A DNA stretch of 63,915 bases, the filler included, from Sphacelaria rigidula (Eukaryota), in assembly GCA_964200075.2 (NCBI GenBank). It is 6 parts of 6 records of this genome, joined end to end, with 100 filler letters (N's around TTAATTAATTAA, not from the genome) between each part and the next. Parts side by side here need not be neighbours in the genome. Positions count along the whole stretch, not along the records: positions 32,015 to 42,582 come from CAXNAA020006262.1; positions 42,683 to 53,249 come from CAXNAA020006263.1; 4 more parts are not named here. The stretch is one strand, 5' to 3'. Made by a program: the position numbers and the translations under genes. The notes beneath the pieces were generated by a model. That model saw nothing but the letters and a program-made list of their open reading frames with translations. It did not search any database and was not told the origin of the DNA. Positions 37,253-50,776 of this stretch are shown piece by piece (position 1 is the first letter of the stretch; each line of letters begins with the position of its first letter).

Positions 37253-39192
37253 GGGGAGGGGGGGGTACACCCCAAACGAAAGGACTCAGCGCACTGAAAA
37301 AAGGAAACATATCGGGGGGAAGGGGGGGAAGGGGGTGTTGCCACTGGGTCCTCTGGGATCCCGAACAACGGTGTTTTGAAGGAAAAACGCACCTGTAGAG
37401 ACAAAAACTGGCAATTAGAAGGTGGGCTCCTGCTTGAGGTTGCAGTGTACCCCATTTTTGCCGCGTGGCGCATGCAGTCTAGCTCCTACAACTATTTTAG
37501 TAACCCCCTTTTTGCTTCGACGGGTGCCCCTTTTTTTTTCCAAGTCGCCTGAACATAACGACCCCCTTTGTGTCTGTTCCTCGGCGAAAAGCTGGGCACG
37601 CGACACGGCAGCGGTCCTTTAATCTTGACTCTAACGCGCAAGTTGCGACCGAGTCATGAAAGCTAATGGAAAACGACGCGCTTGTGGCATTCGAGATCCA
37701 AACGAGATCCATCGCGACGATCCAAACGGGGTCCGGGGTCCCATCGTGTTTGATGTTCCATCCATATTCAAATGACGCCATATCTTTTGCACGGACGCCA
37801 TGTGGCATAGGCGGGCCGGGCCGACCATGTCTAATTTTTTTTTTTTCTTCGTTTTTTCTGTTAATTCTCATATTCCCTTTTGTTTATCAAGTCTGACCTA
37901 TTTTGCCTTGTGCTTCCTTCACTTTTCTACAGCGAGTGTTGCAAAATATATATTCCCCCCGGGCCGTGATATGTAGAAGCTGGATAAGAATTTTCCGAAT
38001 ATGAGGGCGGTTTGTCGTTGAAGGTGTTAAGGTGTTACACGAGGTGCTTTTGCGCCATCTTGTTTTCATCATGCTCCCATCGGTAGTACGACTGAAGAAA
38101 TCGCTTAAAGCAGGGGATGAGAACTAATCATCCCCTCCCCTGGGAAAAAATGTCTCTCCAAGTGGGGTTTTCAAGATCTGACCAGTAAGAAAAACTGGGT
38201 GTTGTATTTTTTTCTCGTGCGGAACGAGGAAAAGCATTTTTCCGCATTTCCTGTTAGTGGAATCTTGGGTATATAGAGAGCGTGTTATAGACCCGACACT
38301 CTGAGAAGAAAAAAATATGTACACAAAGTTCCCCTCCGGGGGGTTGGTACGGGCCTCCCGGGGGTGACGCAAGTCGAAAGTAAAAAATATACTTCCTACA
38401 AGTATGCCTTTTCAACGCGCTGCAAAAAAAAGCGTGGGGGAAAAATGCCTTGCTGGCAGAGAAAACTCGGCAAAAGTGGCGAACATGTGAAGTGATGCAT
38501 GTACATAATACACATGGATTGAATGAAGGGAGAAAAAGCGCGCGAGTCATCGCTTTGTCCGCTTCGATCGAGCAAGTATATATTGCCCTCCGCGGAAAAA
38601 TCAACAGACACAACTGATGAGGGAGTCTCCAATTACATAGAACGATGTTTTCGTGAGATTGAGAGTAAAGGATACGGTTGAGAAGGAAAAGCGGTCAATT
38701 ATATAGTGATTTAATCGTTTCAGTTCCGAAAATATCCCTCCGCGAGGCCCTTACCGAAGCAGCGGGCTAACTCACAGTTATTAACCTGCGAAGCACCGGC
38801 ACAGAGATGATCCTGTGAAGTCAATGTTGCACCAAAAGCAAAAAACGTTTTTTCGGAACAAAATCTTACCGTTTTGCCTTCTACTGCGCACTGCTGCAGC
38901 GCACAGCACCAGATATAGCGACTTGGAACTGTTGCCTGTGGTTTGCACAGCTTATGAGCGATGATTCAGCGCCTCGCAGCGGCTGCAGCGCGCTTAGGGC
39001 CGTACGCCATGAAGTGCGCAGCTCAACAGAGTGTATGCCGATCGGTGCACTACAGATGGTCATGATCCAGAAAGGACCCCAGTACAGACCGGTGCCAGTT
39101 TGCTACCGCGTCGGCCGTCCAGTCGCTCAACATGTCCAAGTTCATGTATCTGCGCATGCATATGTGCATTCGCCTGTAGTGCGATACAAGTA

Positions 39193-40304
39193 CAGGCTGG
39201 GCCGCCTAAGACGCGGACAGGGATGTGAACACGCGATTTAACAGCTGAGTTTCAGGTCGTTTTCTATGACATTTTGACACGATGTACAGGATGTATGTAC
39301 CAAGACACCACATTTCCCCCCGTATGTTTTTTCTTTATTTTCTTCAAGTTATTCACGATTTTGTTCCGAAAAAACTGTTCTGAAATGTTTGGTTGCCGAT
39401 ATCTCACGGGGAAAGATAAAATAATATAGAGGGGGAAAGGTGGCGTCTTGGTACATACCTCCTGTACATCGTGTCAAAATTTCATTGAAAACGACCTGAA
39501 ATTGAGCTGTTAAATCGCGTGTTCGTGTCCAAGACTGGTTCCTATGTGGAGATGAAACAGCCACGAAATAAATGAAACGCGGTTATGCTGTTGAATTTAA
39601 AGTATTTTTTCACGAAATTTCGACACGATACGCATGACGTATGTGTTGAACTCCCCATTGTTCCCTCTTGACATTGTTTTTTTTTAAGAGTTGTCGACGC
39701 TTTTGCACGAGAAAAAAATGTTCCGAAAAGTAGATCACCAATAACATACGAGGAGAAAAAAAAAGAGTGGGCAAACGGTAGGGGCTTCACATATGCCCCA
39801 TGTATACCGTGTGAAAAATTGATGAAAAACAACTTCAGACTGAGCAGTGAAATCGCGTTCTTCTGCCGAGAACCGGTTCACTTGCTTTTAGAGTACAATA
39901 ACCTCAGCCGGAACTTTGACGTTTTCAACAAGCGCGACGCCTTGGCGCGCTGGAGGTCTGGTCTGCGTGCCATCTCAGACACTGCGAACCTACAGTACGA
40001 CATACCTTGTTGTACAACCACAACTAGTGCAGCACCATCACTTTGCGACCGCGGCACAACTGACTGTAACCGTATTCCCCCCGTAATTCCGCCGCACATC
40101 CCAGCCTCAACTCTCTACATTTCGCAGCTGACTGCAGTTCGGTATTTCGTTTGATGGGAACTTGTCAGATCGCAGTGCTACGTGAAGTGAAAAATGCGCG
40201 TTGATTTGCAAGTTACCACGATGTGTCGTAGTAGGCACGTCTCGCGATAGATCATCAGTTAGGACCGGCTGAAGGAAAGTCCGCTTCTTAAGCGGCCCAG
40301 CCTG
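39193..40304. mobile_element. Complete 1112-bp Tc1/mariner-pogo-type MITE, 26-bp TIRs, TA duplication
   Basis: TA|CAGGCTGGGCCGCCTAAGACGCGGAC ... GTCCGCTTCTTAAGCGGCCCAGCCTG|TA; internal inverted pair ~39257-39495. Confidence 0.9.
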
Positions 40305-40306
40305 TA

Positions 40307-40896
40307 CTGCTGGCCTTCCCCTTGTCTACATCGAGTCTAGTGTGGACCTTTCCTGTCTCATCCGTGTTCCACAGGTGGTCCGCTTCGACATCGTGCTCTT
40401 TGGTGAAGTCCTCCCATGACTTGTAAAAAGATCGAAGGCGTTCGTCGTCATTGGCCACAACTCTGTTCGCCTCGTAGATACGGTTGGAGCGCTCCGACAG
40501 CTGCGGGTGCCTCTGGAGGAAGCCCCTGACCCACTTTGGCCCTGGGCCTTCGTCTGCCTTCCAAGGGATGTTGCGCCCGTCGTTGCACAGCTGTCTAACG
40601 GCTTCAACCAAGTCCGACCGAGTCAACCCCAAGTGGTGGTGCGCAGCATACACCAGTGTGTCCACGATCGAATTCTCCTTTTCCTGGCTCAAAACTGTCG
40701 CAGCACCGGCCTTAGCATCCATCGCACAGTCACCCTTCAGGCGGCGCAGAATCGACTTCCTGCTGATGCCGAAGGCCTTCTGGGCCCCCAGAACTGTTAT
40801 CTGCTTGCTGCGAACAGCCTCACAGGCCTGTTTGACCACGCTGGGATCCACCTTTTGCCGCACGTTTTGCGCCATCCTTAGCAGCGAGATCGACAA
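40307..40896 (-). pseudogene. pogo/Fot1/Tigger-like transposase N-terminal part (pipsqueak HTH, CENP-B HTH, first DDE motif)
   Basis: AQKAFGISRKSILRRL; TVLSQEKENSIV; PGPKWVRGFLQRHPQLS; LWNTDETG; rest not found. Confidence 0.85.
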
Positions 40897-41815
40897 AATC
40901 TCGAAATGGCGCGAGACACCAGACGATGCGGTTGCCGGTGCTGTAACTCGCGAGTGGCACAGCTGACAGACACGCTGAAGAGTGCAAACGAAAGCTACAG
41001 GTCTCTCCGCATTTTTTTTTTTTTAGGAGTTCTGTGTATGTTGGCGTCATNNNNNNNNNNCCACACGAGTGGAGGGGACAAAAGAAGCCCTGACGGGGGC
41101 AACGGAAGGCTACGGGTCCCCCGGCTTTTTTTTTTTTTTTAGGAGTTCTGTGTATGTTGGCGTCATTTCGTAACCGTTTGATATAGTGTCCTTATTATGA
41201 CACTGTGCCTATAAGAACACTTTACTCTAATAGTTGGGCACACGCAAAGAAAAGGGCTTGTTTGATTTGTTGCAATATTCGGGGGGGGGGTTTTCATCAG
41301 CCTGCCCCCAACAACAGAAGAGGAAGAGAGAGAGAGGCAATCGTCTGGGAAAAAATCTGTGTTCTTCTGTCGACGGTTTACTTACTGTAGACGATCATGT
41401 ATTTCTGTGTGCGTAATTTTTTACTCTTCCTACTCTGTGTGTGTACTTCCGTTAATTTGGAGTTTAGTGCGAGTATCGATTTGATAGAGAGAAGGCCCAA
41501 AGTAGAAACGAAAAAAAAGGTATCAATTAATGTAGGCCAATGAACAGCACACACACACTAGAGTATGACGTGCACTAGAGTATGACACACTGGAGTATGA
41601 CTTATCCGGCGACCCTAAGGGTCGTCGAGGGTGCAACCCTACCCCCGCCAAAAGTACCCAAACACGAGAGTCGTCCACAAGATCGAAAACACCACCGACG
41701 GTTACCCCAGACCGCCAATCGACCAATATTGGGTAAAAAGCTATCTCACCCCGTCGCCGCACCTGGGGATCGCTTTCCCCCCCCTCCGCACCCCCGTCGA
41801 CCACGCGCCACGAAG

Positions 41816-41983
41816 GTCGACAACCACGGGACATGGAACGCGTCGGTTGTGTACGGCGACACGGACTCGCTCTTCATCGAGCTCCCCGGCCGCAGCCTGG
41901 AGGAGGCCCACCGAATCGGACGGGAGATGGCCGCTGCTGTAACGCGATCGTGTCCGCCGGATGTTGTTCTCAAATTCGAAAAA
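41816..41983 (+). CDS. REV3: Internal exon of DNA polymerase zeta catalytic subunit (family B)
   Basis: WNASVVYGDTDSLFIELPGRSLEEAHRIGREMAAAVTRSCPPDVVLKFEK matches the REV3 pattern VVYGDTDS.F...IG.E.A..VT...P..V.LKFEKV; AAG acceptor and GTGAGC donor, 168 bp, phase 0/0. Confidence 0.88.
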
Positions 41984-42041
41984 GTGAGCGATGGCCAGGG
42001 GGGTGAAAGGGCGTGTCCTCATTATTCTATTGGCCGTAGTC

Positions 42042-42250
42042 GTAAGACCATTGACCTTGCATCCCTACAAGGCGTGACGGACGGAGCACGCCGGGTTTTG
42101 GCCGGATCAGACTCGCTATCACCGAGAAAAATAAAAACAAACTATTGAGGGGATTCATGATCTTGTATGCCGTCGTCATAAGACCATTGACCTTGCATCC
42201 TTACCAAGCCAGGGCGGAGCACGCTGGATTTTCGCCGGACCAGGCTCGCA
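42042..42250 (+). repeat. Dispersed repeat taagaccattgacct(t/c)gcatc..., two copies here and one at ~57499-57566
   Basis: Direct sequence similarity. Confidence 0.7.
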
Positions 42251-42582
42251 ATCAATCACCAAGCGCGAAGCGCCGTGGTGTGTTTGGCGAGTCGCATGAA
42301 GGGGTGAGCTGCATCCTGCTAAGACTGTTCGGCCCGAAGCCCGCAATAATCTTGCATTCGGATGACAACCTACAATGAGTTGCTTCATTTGCTGGTATCG
42401 TCACTTTCAGAGAATACGACGGCTTACACGCTGCCTCATGGGTATCTTACCATGGGGGGGGGGGGCGTACTCATTTGTTGCTTGCCTTAGTCATTTGACC
42501 ATTGACCACGCATCCCTTTCGAGACGGACCATGGGGGGGGGGGGGGGACTCATTTGTTGCTTGCCTTGGTTATTTGACCATT

Positions 42583-42682
42583 NNNNNNNNNNNNNNNNNN
42601 NNNNNNNNNNNNNNNNNNNNNNNNNNTTAATTAATTAANNNNNNNNNNNNNNNNNNNNNNNNNNNNNNNNNNNNNNNNNNNN
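42583..42682. other. Artificial contig linker
   Basis: N44-TTAATTAATTAA-N44. Confidence 0.98.
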
Positions 42683-44542
42683 GTAAATGGTATCCCCATC
42701 GTATTTCGGGGGGGGATAAGACTGTCTTATCCCCGCGTGTAGGGAGGGGAAGGCGGGCGGGGGATGATACGTAGACGGGGTGCAGTGTACGTTTTATCGA
42801 CGCGTTCGTGTCTTTCAGTATCGCTATTCGTGTATCACGGGTCAAGAAGGTAGAAGAGATACCTATGCGATCATGATCGGCGGGGGGAGGTTCGTTGATT
42901 GAACCCCCAGGTGAGACGCTTTTCATCGCTTATCCCTACTTTTCCTTGTTCAAATATCCTAACACTACTATTTTATACCATCATAGGTTATTGCCATTCG
43001 TATGTTATAGGAAGGAAAAAACGGTGGATACCACCCTCAAGCTTACCGTACATACAAGTGATGCCGCGATACCTCCCCCGAAACCAGCCTCAAAACTGTC
43101 GCGAAGCAAATGGCCATGCAGCGCATGATCGCTGGTTTCAACCTTCATGAAGCCCCTAATATGAGCGGCTTTGGCAAATACGATCCGAAGCATGGAAGTT
43201 CCCAGCTGCTCGGTGTGCTCGGCTTTCGTCATTCTCCTCCACATGTAGACGTTGCGTTCTCGAACCAGTCAGTTTTCTGGGGGGGATATAGCGGAATCGC
43301 ACATACCGTCCTTTTCCCTTGTCTCATGCGCTATCATGCACCCCTCACCCACGTGCAACTTGACAAAAGTCTTTCGCATACTCTAGTGCGCCATCTATCA
43401 AATTTTGGGTTTTTCGTGAGCCATGTAATGCATTGAACCCGAAAAGCTCGAAAATGTGGCCTGGGCGACCTCGGATGTGCTCCTCAAGTCCTTCTCTATT
43501 TTCCCGGAAAACGCCATCGTTTTGTCCAAATTTCCCCAATTTTTCAGGGAACTTTATCTCGTGGATTATTTTTCCCCTCGTTTTTACCAACGGTCCCGCC
43601 GATCTCGAAGATTGCCCAGCACGCTACCGGAGGATTAACCGGGCCTTGTGGGCGGCAGGGTCTTTATCGATCTTGTTTTTCTCACAAGCATGGTAATGCC
43701 GCCACACCCTGAAACTGCGAATTTGGTTGACAGCGCCAGTCCACGGAACATTGTTTTTTCGTTGAGTAACCTGGATGCACATAAAGCGGATCGGCGTTAC
43801 CTCTGCACAACGTGAAGTCATCACTGCAACTCGCATGTGGTATGAGCACGAAATATCTGTTCGTCTCAGCATGCAATGTTTCACAACTCCGACCGCTCGG
43901 AAAGTCTTGCGGTCTGTGCATATGGTATTGTATCGACCAGCGTCGTGCCGCACGCCGTCGTGTTGGATAGAGGCACTAGAACACACTAAACACCCCCGCC
44001 TTTGATGCTACAAGCAACGACTAGTGAAGAAATCAACGTTCGACATTTCGGTGCTCGCAGCAACACCCTGGCCTACCAGAAAGACCATCAAGCTGGAGAA
44101 ACTGCATACTCACTCCTACATAACGGTGGTGCTTTTGTTACCCTCTCTGATGAGACCCAGTTTTCAGAAGTTGCATTGTCCACCGAAGTGGCATGCTCGC
44201 GCTCACTGGTTCCCTGTCTCGAGCAATGCCACAATAAGGGTGTTCCTATTTTCCTTCGAGGTTCTTTGCCGTTAGAGCCCCTCGATGACAAATATATGGG
44301 ACTCAGTGTGCAGCTTCAGACAAGTTTCGGCCTCAAACGTGCATCCCTATCGTCGCATTACTCTCTTGTCTATATGCTACCTTGACTCGACGTGCCTTCC
44401 AACACCGAGCATTGTCAATCGTGCGGAATGCAACCTCTGCCGGTTACGGCACTTATGCTGATTTGAGATTCGTTGATATTTTAGCGAATCACCGCCGCTC
44501 CTCTTGTGGACATGCTGTTGGTAAACTCATGACTTCTGGAGA

Positions 44543-44966
44543 TGTTGTATTATTGAGACCTTGGTCCGGAGAGACAGGTCCGGAAAGTGGAGTGAACACG
44601 GTAGGCGAGCTCGTGTCATCTACATCCCAGAAACTCTAGAAATCAAAGAACCAAAGACAGGTTCCGGAAACGGTCCGGAACCTCAGCAACGTTCTACATG
44701 GTTCTAGCAACGGAAGTCGGACCAACGCACTTCTTTACGTACCACAAAACCTCGGGTTGTTCCCCTTTACCGCAAATACCATGCACGGACTAATGCAGTA
44801 CCACAAGGAGTACTCCTACATAAGCTACAGAAAGGACCGCGAACGTTCCTCGCAACTCTCAACTATGTGACAGCTCAGCAACCTACAGATCGACAGTTCC
44901 GTTATTCAAATAATCCAATCAGATGTTCTCGCAAATCAGTCGATACTACGGCCGCTATCACGAACA
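44543..44966 (-). repeat. Candidate Copia 3' LTR (TGTT...AACA, 424 bp) preceded by PPT AAGGGAAGG at 44967-44975
   Basis: Purine tract directly abuts TGTT downstream of the RNase H stop; distal boundary inferred from AACA only. Confidence 0.55.
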
Positions 44967-45039
44967 CCTTCCCTTGGGGCTGTTGTATCTACCAGACCAC
45001 ATACATATATTACGAAACCAAATTACGTCTCAGACTTCT

Positions 45040-48000
45040 ACTTCTCATCTCGAGCCAAGGGCAAAGCCATGGTGAATTTCAAAAAGATCTCTCGGCAGAG
45101 CCCTCGTGAGGATGTCCGCATGCTGTTCTTCGCTGGGAAGATGCGTGATCTCGGTCACACCCTCCTCAGTCAAATTCCATAAGAAAATGGTGCCTCACGT
45201 CAATGTGCTTACTCCTGCACGAGCTGGGCGGATTCTCTGCAAGCGCAATCGCATCTTCGTTGTCCTCAAGTACCTCAATCTTACGAGGCTTCATGCTAGA
45301 CCTCAAGAACTGAAGCATTCCGTTCACAAACAGAGCCTCCTTCACACCATAACCCATCGCAAGATACTCTGCTTCAGATGTCGATTGTGAAACGCATTTC
45401 TGCGTCCTAGAAATGCAAACTACAAGCATGGCAGCCATGAAAACCAACGCTCGCGAAACTGATCTACGGCCAGTGGCCTTGCTTGCAAAGTCGACATCTA
45501 CGTACACCAAGGTGCCCACGTCTACCGTACTGTCCTGTTTAAACTTCAGCGTAAGATGCGCCGTTTCCGGATGATAATTCAGAATCTTCTTGGCTGCCTT
45601 CCAGTGGCTCTTCTTTGGCTCGTGAGAGTGCCTCGCCACCGCCCGCACTGCATTTGAGATGCCGGGCCTTGTCTAGTTGGCGATCCACATCAGGCTTCCT
45701 ACCACCTATCGGAACGGCACATCTCCTGCCCCCTCATCCTCCATCAAGGGCCTGTTATCGTCGGCAAGGGAAGCAGGGATCGAGTCGGTGCGACAAGTAT
45801 CGTATCTCTCGAGAACACTCTTGATGTAACTCTCTTAAGAAATCTCAATCATGCCAGCCTCACGGTCGCGGATAAATGTAGGAAGAGAGTCACCTAGCGC
45901 TTCCACAACCACCTTGGCAAGACTCTTTGTTCCTGCATATAGGACGCCATCCACGTGAATCGCGACCATACCCACCACCTCGTCTCCCATCATGAAACGC
46001 AGGACACAGGGGTCAGACAGAGACTGCTCGAAACCAATCCTCTTCCGGTCCGACACTATCCTTTTGTAAAATGTTCTAGACGCCTGCTTCAACCCGTACA
46101 AACTCTTGTTCAAACGGACAACCTTTCCTGACATCGATTCGCAGCCAGGAGGCAACTTCATGAACACCTCGTGATCCAATTACGACTGAACAAACGCTTG
46201 CTCAATATACCAGTGGAGAAATTCCAAGTTGTACTTGCACGCGGACGCTACTAGCAATCGCATCGATGCAGCATTTGCAGTAGGCGAGAAAGTCTCAAGG
46301 TAGTCCACACAATACTTCTGCTTGAAGCCCTTCGCTGCAAGCCTAGCCTTGGCCTTTACTGTCTTTCCTGTTTCGTCTGCTTTCCATTTGAAAACCCATC
46401 TAGCATCAATCACATTACAGGCTACTGGGATCTTTACTGCTAACGTGAACGTTCCTGCTCCTATCAAGCCTTCAACTTCTGCAGACATGGCTCCATCCCA
46501 AATCTTCGCGTGCTTCGATTGCCAGGCTTCTTGATAGATACCAGGCTCTGACTCAACATTCTGAACGAGTTCTTTCAGCAATTCCACGGCGTCACCTGCT
46601 CTCTGTTCCGTTAAGAGTGCATACGGTATCTCTGATGCGGAGATGAGTCCTAGGGTGGTCCCAAGGCCAGACACTCTCCGCTGATTAATTGCACGAGTTT
46701 GCGCACGAGTTCCACCTTCTCTTACCTCATCATTGTCACGCGCAGCAGTATTAAAATCGGCAAGCTCAGCGACATGCCGCGGACGACGAGCGGCTGAAGG
46801 AGGTGCCTCCGCCTCTACTTCCTGCCCTCCCGGCCCATTCGACTCTACCTCATCATCTCCTCCCGGATCCGCCGTCTCTACTCCCCCTGTTCCCTGCCCT
46901 CCCTGCCCCTCCCCATCTATCTCAAGTGCTGGAGAAGACACAGAAGAAGCCGCTCTACTAGAGGGGTTGTTCACGGGCAAAGACGGTACAGAGGGGGAGG
47001 ATGGAACAGAAGGGGACTGGCCTACACTGCTTGCATCAACAGTGCCAACCTCATCAATTCCTGCAACATAGGGTTCACGATTCTCATCAAGTCACACAGC
47101 GAAGCACTTGCCTCAGCCCAGAGTCTGTCAGTCTTGGTAACTGCACATACCCAAACAGAACGTTCGCCTGAATACGAGCCGCCATAGCTGCCTCCTCAAT
47201 CAATCCCAATACACGCTCTGCAACAACGTTATATTGGGGACTGTAAGCTGGAGTGAACTCTGGTTTGATCAAAAGTTCATGGCACACGGATGCAACCCCC
47301 CCCCAAAACAAACTCCCCTCCATTGTCAGATATAATAATCTCAACCAACGATGGGATTCCATCAGCACGCACACTAGCAAGAAAACTTCCGAAACCACTC
47401 CCAGCGTCTGACTTACTTTTCAGGAAATACATCCATGCACGCCTTGTGAAATCGTCCTTCACAATCATGGGGTAATGCTTACCCCCTACGGACGCAACGT
47501 CCTTCCTCCCTCCCAGGTCAACAAAACCTCTGCCCAAGTTTTTATCCGATCTACGTTTAGTTTCATGAGCAATGATTTTCCTAATAGCCTTCGACATTGA
47601 ACATCCCGTACAAGCATGCCTGTCACCGGTCAACTTGGTACTTAGTCGCTTTGCAGTAGTACGAAGCAATCCCTCGTGTGAATGAGCATAAATGTTATGA
47701 AACTCATTCACATCCATCTTCTATTCATGCTTGGGGTTCGAAGGAGTGAGGGCAGCCAACACCAAACCAGCAGAGTCGTCTCCCAGACGATACGCAGTCG
47801 CAATTAGCATGCCATCAAAGTTCTGAAAAATAAGATGTCCGTCGTAAGCAGCCATTACACCATCAGTACCACCAAGACCATTCCATGACTTGCCATCAAA
47901 CTCTGCGCTGGGAAAAAAGAGGTTATACCCCAAGTTGGGAGAGTAACAACAACACGTTCTCCAGCTTTACGGAGAATTCGCTGTCAGCAGTCACAAACAC

Positions 48001-49668
48001 CAACTCCAGTGTTCCAGAGAGTGCTACCTCACAAGTTACACCACCAACCTCTTTTACGTTCTTGTGGCAAGGCTTCACATCCTTCATACGATAGAGAGAG
48101 TCAGTCATGTGGAAAGCAGTACCCATGCCTGCATACCCATCTTCGACACACCAATCCTTTCTTACAAGAGAAGAGTATTCGCGAGCAGCATCATCACTGA
48201 ACAAGAACTCACGCAGCATGGCATCGTAAAATGCTACCAGACACGTCAGATCACTCGAGTTGTTCAAGCTGGTTTGAGAGAGCAACAACACCAAGCTAGA
48301 CTTCTCACCGTTCTCATCCTCGTCGTCCTCGAATCTCCCCGTCTGGGTAGGATGAGCGATCACACGAGCCAGGCAGTCCTTCCTCAAGTGACCCTTTTCT
48401 CCACACTTGAAACACTTCCCCTGAAACATCTTTTTCTTGGACGAATCAGATTCAGAGCTAGACTTCGACTTGTTGTTCGGCTTCTTGGTACTCTTTCTCT
48501 CTGCCCTAGACAAAAGAGCAACACTACTATGCTTCTTCGGACCAGCTTGTGTCTGCAAGTCTAGATACCGCTCACGCACTTTCGTCTCTATGAACGATGG
48601 GTCACTTGGACAGAACACCACAAGAGCTTCACGTAAAGTCGTGTACTTGAGCGACAGTCCCTCAAGCATCAGGTTACACACCTCTCTGTCATCTTTCTTG
48701 ACTTCAAGCATTTGTAAAACACCAAGCGCCTCTCTCATGGATGCAAAGAAGGTTGCGGGATTCTCATTCGCACGCATGTGTAGCGACTTCAGTTTCTCCT
48801 CCACCTACGTGAGTACAGTACGCTACTCACAAACAATAGCAGCACACTGTCGTATCCTACGAGCTTACGCGGCTCAGCTTAGAAGATATCTACCATCAAG
48901 GATCCACATAAAACGGTACTGCACCCAGGGTCATTGCTGGGGCACTTTATGAACTGGAACCTATTGTACCGCTAATTTGCTACACCCAAAAACCTAGAAC
49001 GAAACGAACAGCTAGAGTACTGGCTGTATAAAATTTCAATAACAGTATCATGTTGGTGAGTCGAGACCAATGTCTGCAATCGGAATCTCAGCCTCAGAAA
49101 CAAACGCCTCATACAGATTGTTGTGTCGAGCACTCGACAGAAAGTTCTGCGACCATGAGGGACACGACACGCCGTTACCGTCAAAAACAGGAGCTTTGGG
49201 AACTTTGAAAGGACCCCTACCCAACTTCTCTCCTGTGCCAAAAATGTCAGCCCCAGGAATCAATGTGTTTCCACTGGCGACGTTTTCCCACCACTTACTC
49301 GACAGAGTAGGAGCGAGCGGAACAGAGGACTGGCCCAAAGCCCCACCTACAGTCCCGATCGAAGCAAAGTTTACTGCAGCAACATAGGAACGATTTACAG
49401 CAGATACATGAGGGTTTAAGCCTGAGTCTGCAAGACTACTACTCCCAACCCGCATGCTGGACACGCCTAAGCCTTGGGCATCGCCGCCCGTACCTCCCGC
49501 GGTCCCACCAGTAGCATCCTCAGAAGGACGCGTACTAGTGTCTGGTCCGGCACCTCCCGGCGCGGCAGCTACAAAACCAGAGGACTCCACTTTCTCTCCC
49601 TGTAGCATATTAACAGCGATGAATTCGACACGTAGTGACGAAACCCTGTGAAGCGCCCTGTGTGGCAC
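45040..49668 (-). pseudogene. Copia gag-pol polyprotein, with frameshifts
   Basis: CFKCGEKGHLRKDC; AFHMT; H-x4-H...CTGC; SDNGGEF; WVFKWK..KARLAAKGFKQ..DYLETFSP; LNKSLYGLKQA; HVDG (degenerate YVDD); STSEAEY; SKHIDVRHHF. Confidence 0.93.
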
Positions 49669-50082
49669 AAAATAATACCCTAGAGGGGGCTATCGCGGCA
49701 CCCCTCCGATGTTGAACCCCATCTTCGTGGAGACCCTCTTGAATCTGCATTTCGCGTCTCCGTTTTGAGAGCTGTATCTTGATAGTGTGGAGTATCGCAA
49801 GGGCAAGGTACAAGCAAACCGTTCGCAACCTTGCGTTTTTTCATGGGTGAGGGAGGTTCTGGGAATGATGCACGCTATTTTTTACCCTTAACCCATTTAT
49901 GTGCTAACCTCGGTTTTAGACTTGTACTTCGAAATCACGTGTGGAGCATCGCAAGGGCATACTACACGCAAAACTGTCGGGGCCTTGACTTTTGTTCGTG
50001 ACTCAAGGGCGTTCTGATGAAACGTTTTTCGTTTGTAAACTGGAGCGTCTTCAGCTAACGAAAAAGCAGCATCTCGCAGATT

Positions 50083-50278
50083 CATCATCATTGTTATCTT
50101 GATCACTGCTACCTTTATCATCATTGTTATCATTATCATCGTTGTCATCGTTACCATAATTGCTATCGTTATCATCATTATTATCGTTATCACCATCGTT
50201 ATCGTTGTCACCCTTGTCATTGTTATTTTAAACATTGATTTTATTATGATCGTTATCACTAGTACTACCATTATTATC
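50083..50278. repeat. Degenerate (ATC/ATT/GTT)n trinucleotide tract
   Basis: atcatcattgttatcattatcatcgttgtcatcgtt... Confidence 0.9.
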
Positions 50279-50776
50279 AGGCCCTTGCGGTTCTCCCCAC
50301 AGAATATCAGAGCACAAGGAGGGGTCCACGATGAAAGGCATCTCCGCACACCTACCTACCCCCCATCCGTCGGGGGGCCGAATTATTTACATAGATAATC
50401 TGTTTACGTGTTTCCCCTTTGCTTCTCCCCTCTCAATTCACGTGTTCATAGCACATTACCCCTCACAGATGTACTAGTACGTACTTGTTGGGAACACCTC
50501 CATGCTCCTGTTGGTAAGCTTGTCGTATTCGATTGTCGTGGTTGGAGACGATACCAACCGAAGATCACCCCCTGCGACAGCCTTGACAAACATGACAACA
50601 AACAAAAACCACAACTTACATCTGAGCTTGCGCAATAGGTAATCACGGAAGAATTCATGATGAGCCTCCACCAGTGACTGGTAGTGTGTAGAGTGTTCCG
50701 ACACAACATATCACCCACAACACCAGCAACAACATTCACTCTGTGTGTGTCCGTTTTGTACCCCTCCATCCAATAA

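Larger units (their letters stand above)
44543..49668 (-). mobile_element. Decayed Ty1/Copia LTR retrotransposon
   Basis: Minus-strand order gag-protease-integrase-RT-RNase H, then PPT and candidate 3' LTR. Confidence 0.95.

Noticed and set aside
41010-41166. Direct repeat of poly-T-aggagttctgtgtatgttggcgtcat
   Set aside because: Straddles a 10-N gap, so probably an assembly overlap, though a transposon subterminal repeat is not excluded.
41582-42148. Viral or Polinton family-B polymerase
   Set aside because: Only a 168-bp segment with canonical splice sites is polymerase-like, and its sequence matches cellular REV3.
43000-44530. Possible DIRS/LINE relic downstream of the Copia LTR
   Set aside because: No recognisable RT, RNase H or recombinase motif in any frame.
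49897-50398. Hydrophobic Ile/Met/Thr-rich ORFs resembling membrane proteins
   Set aside because: Translations of a trinucleotide low-complexity tract.
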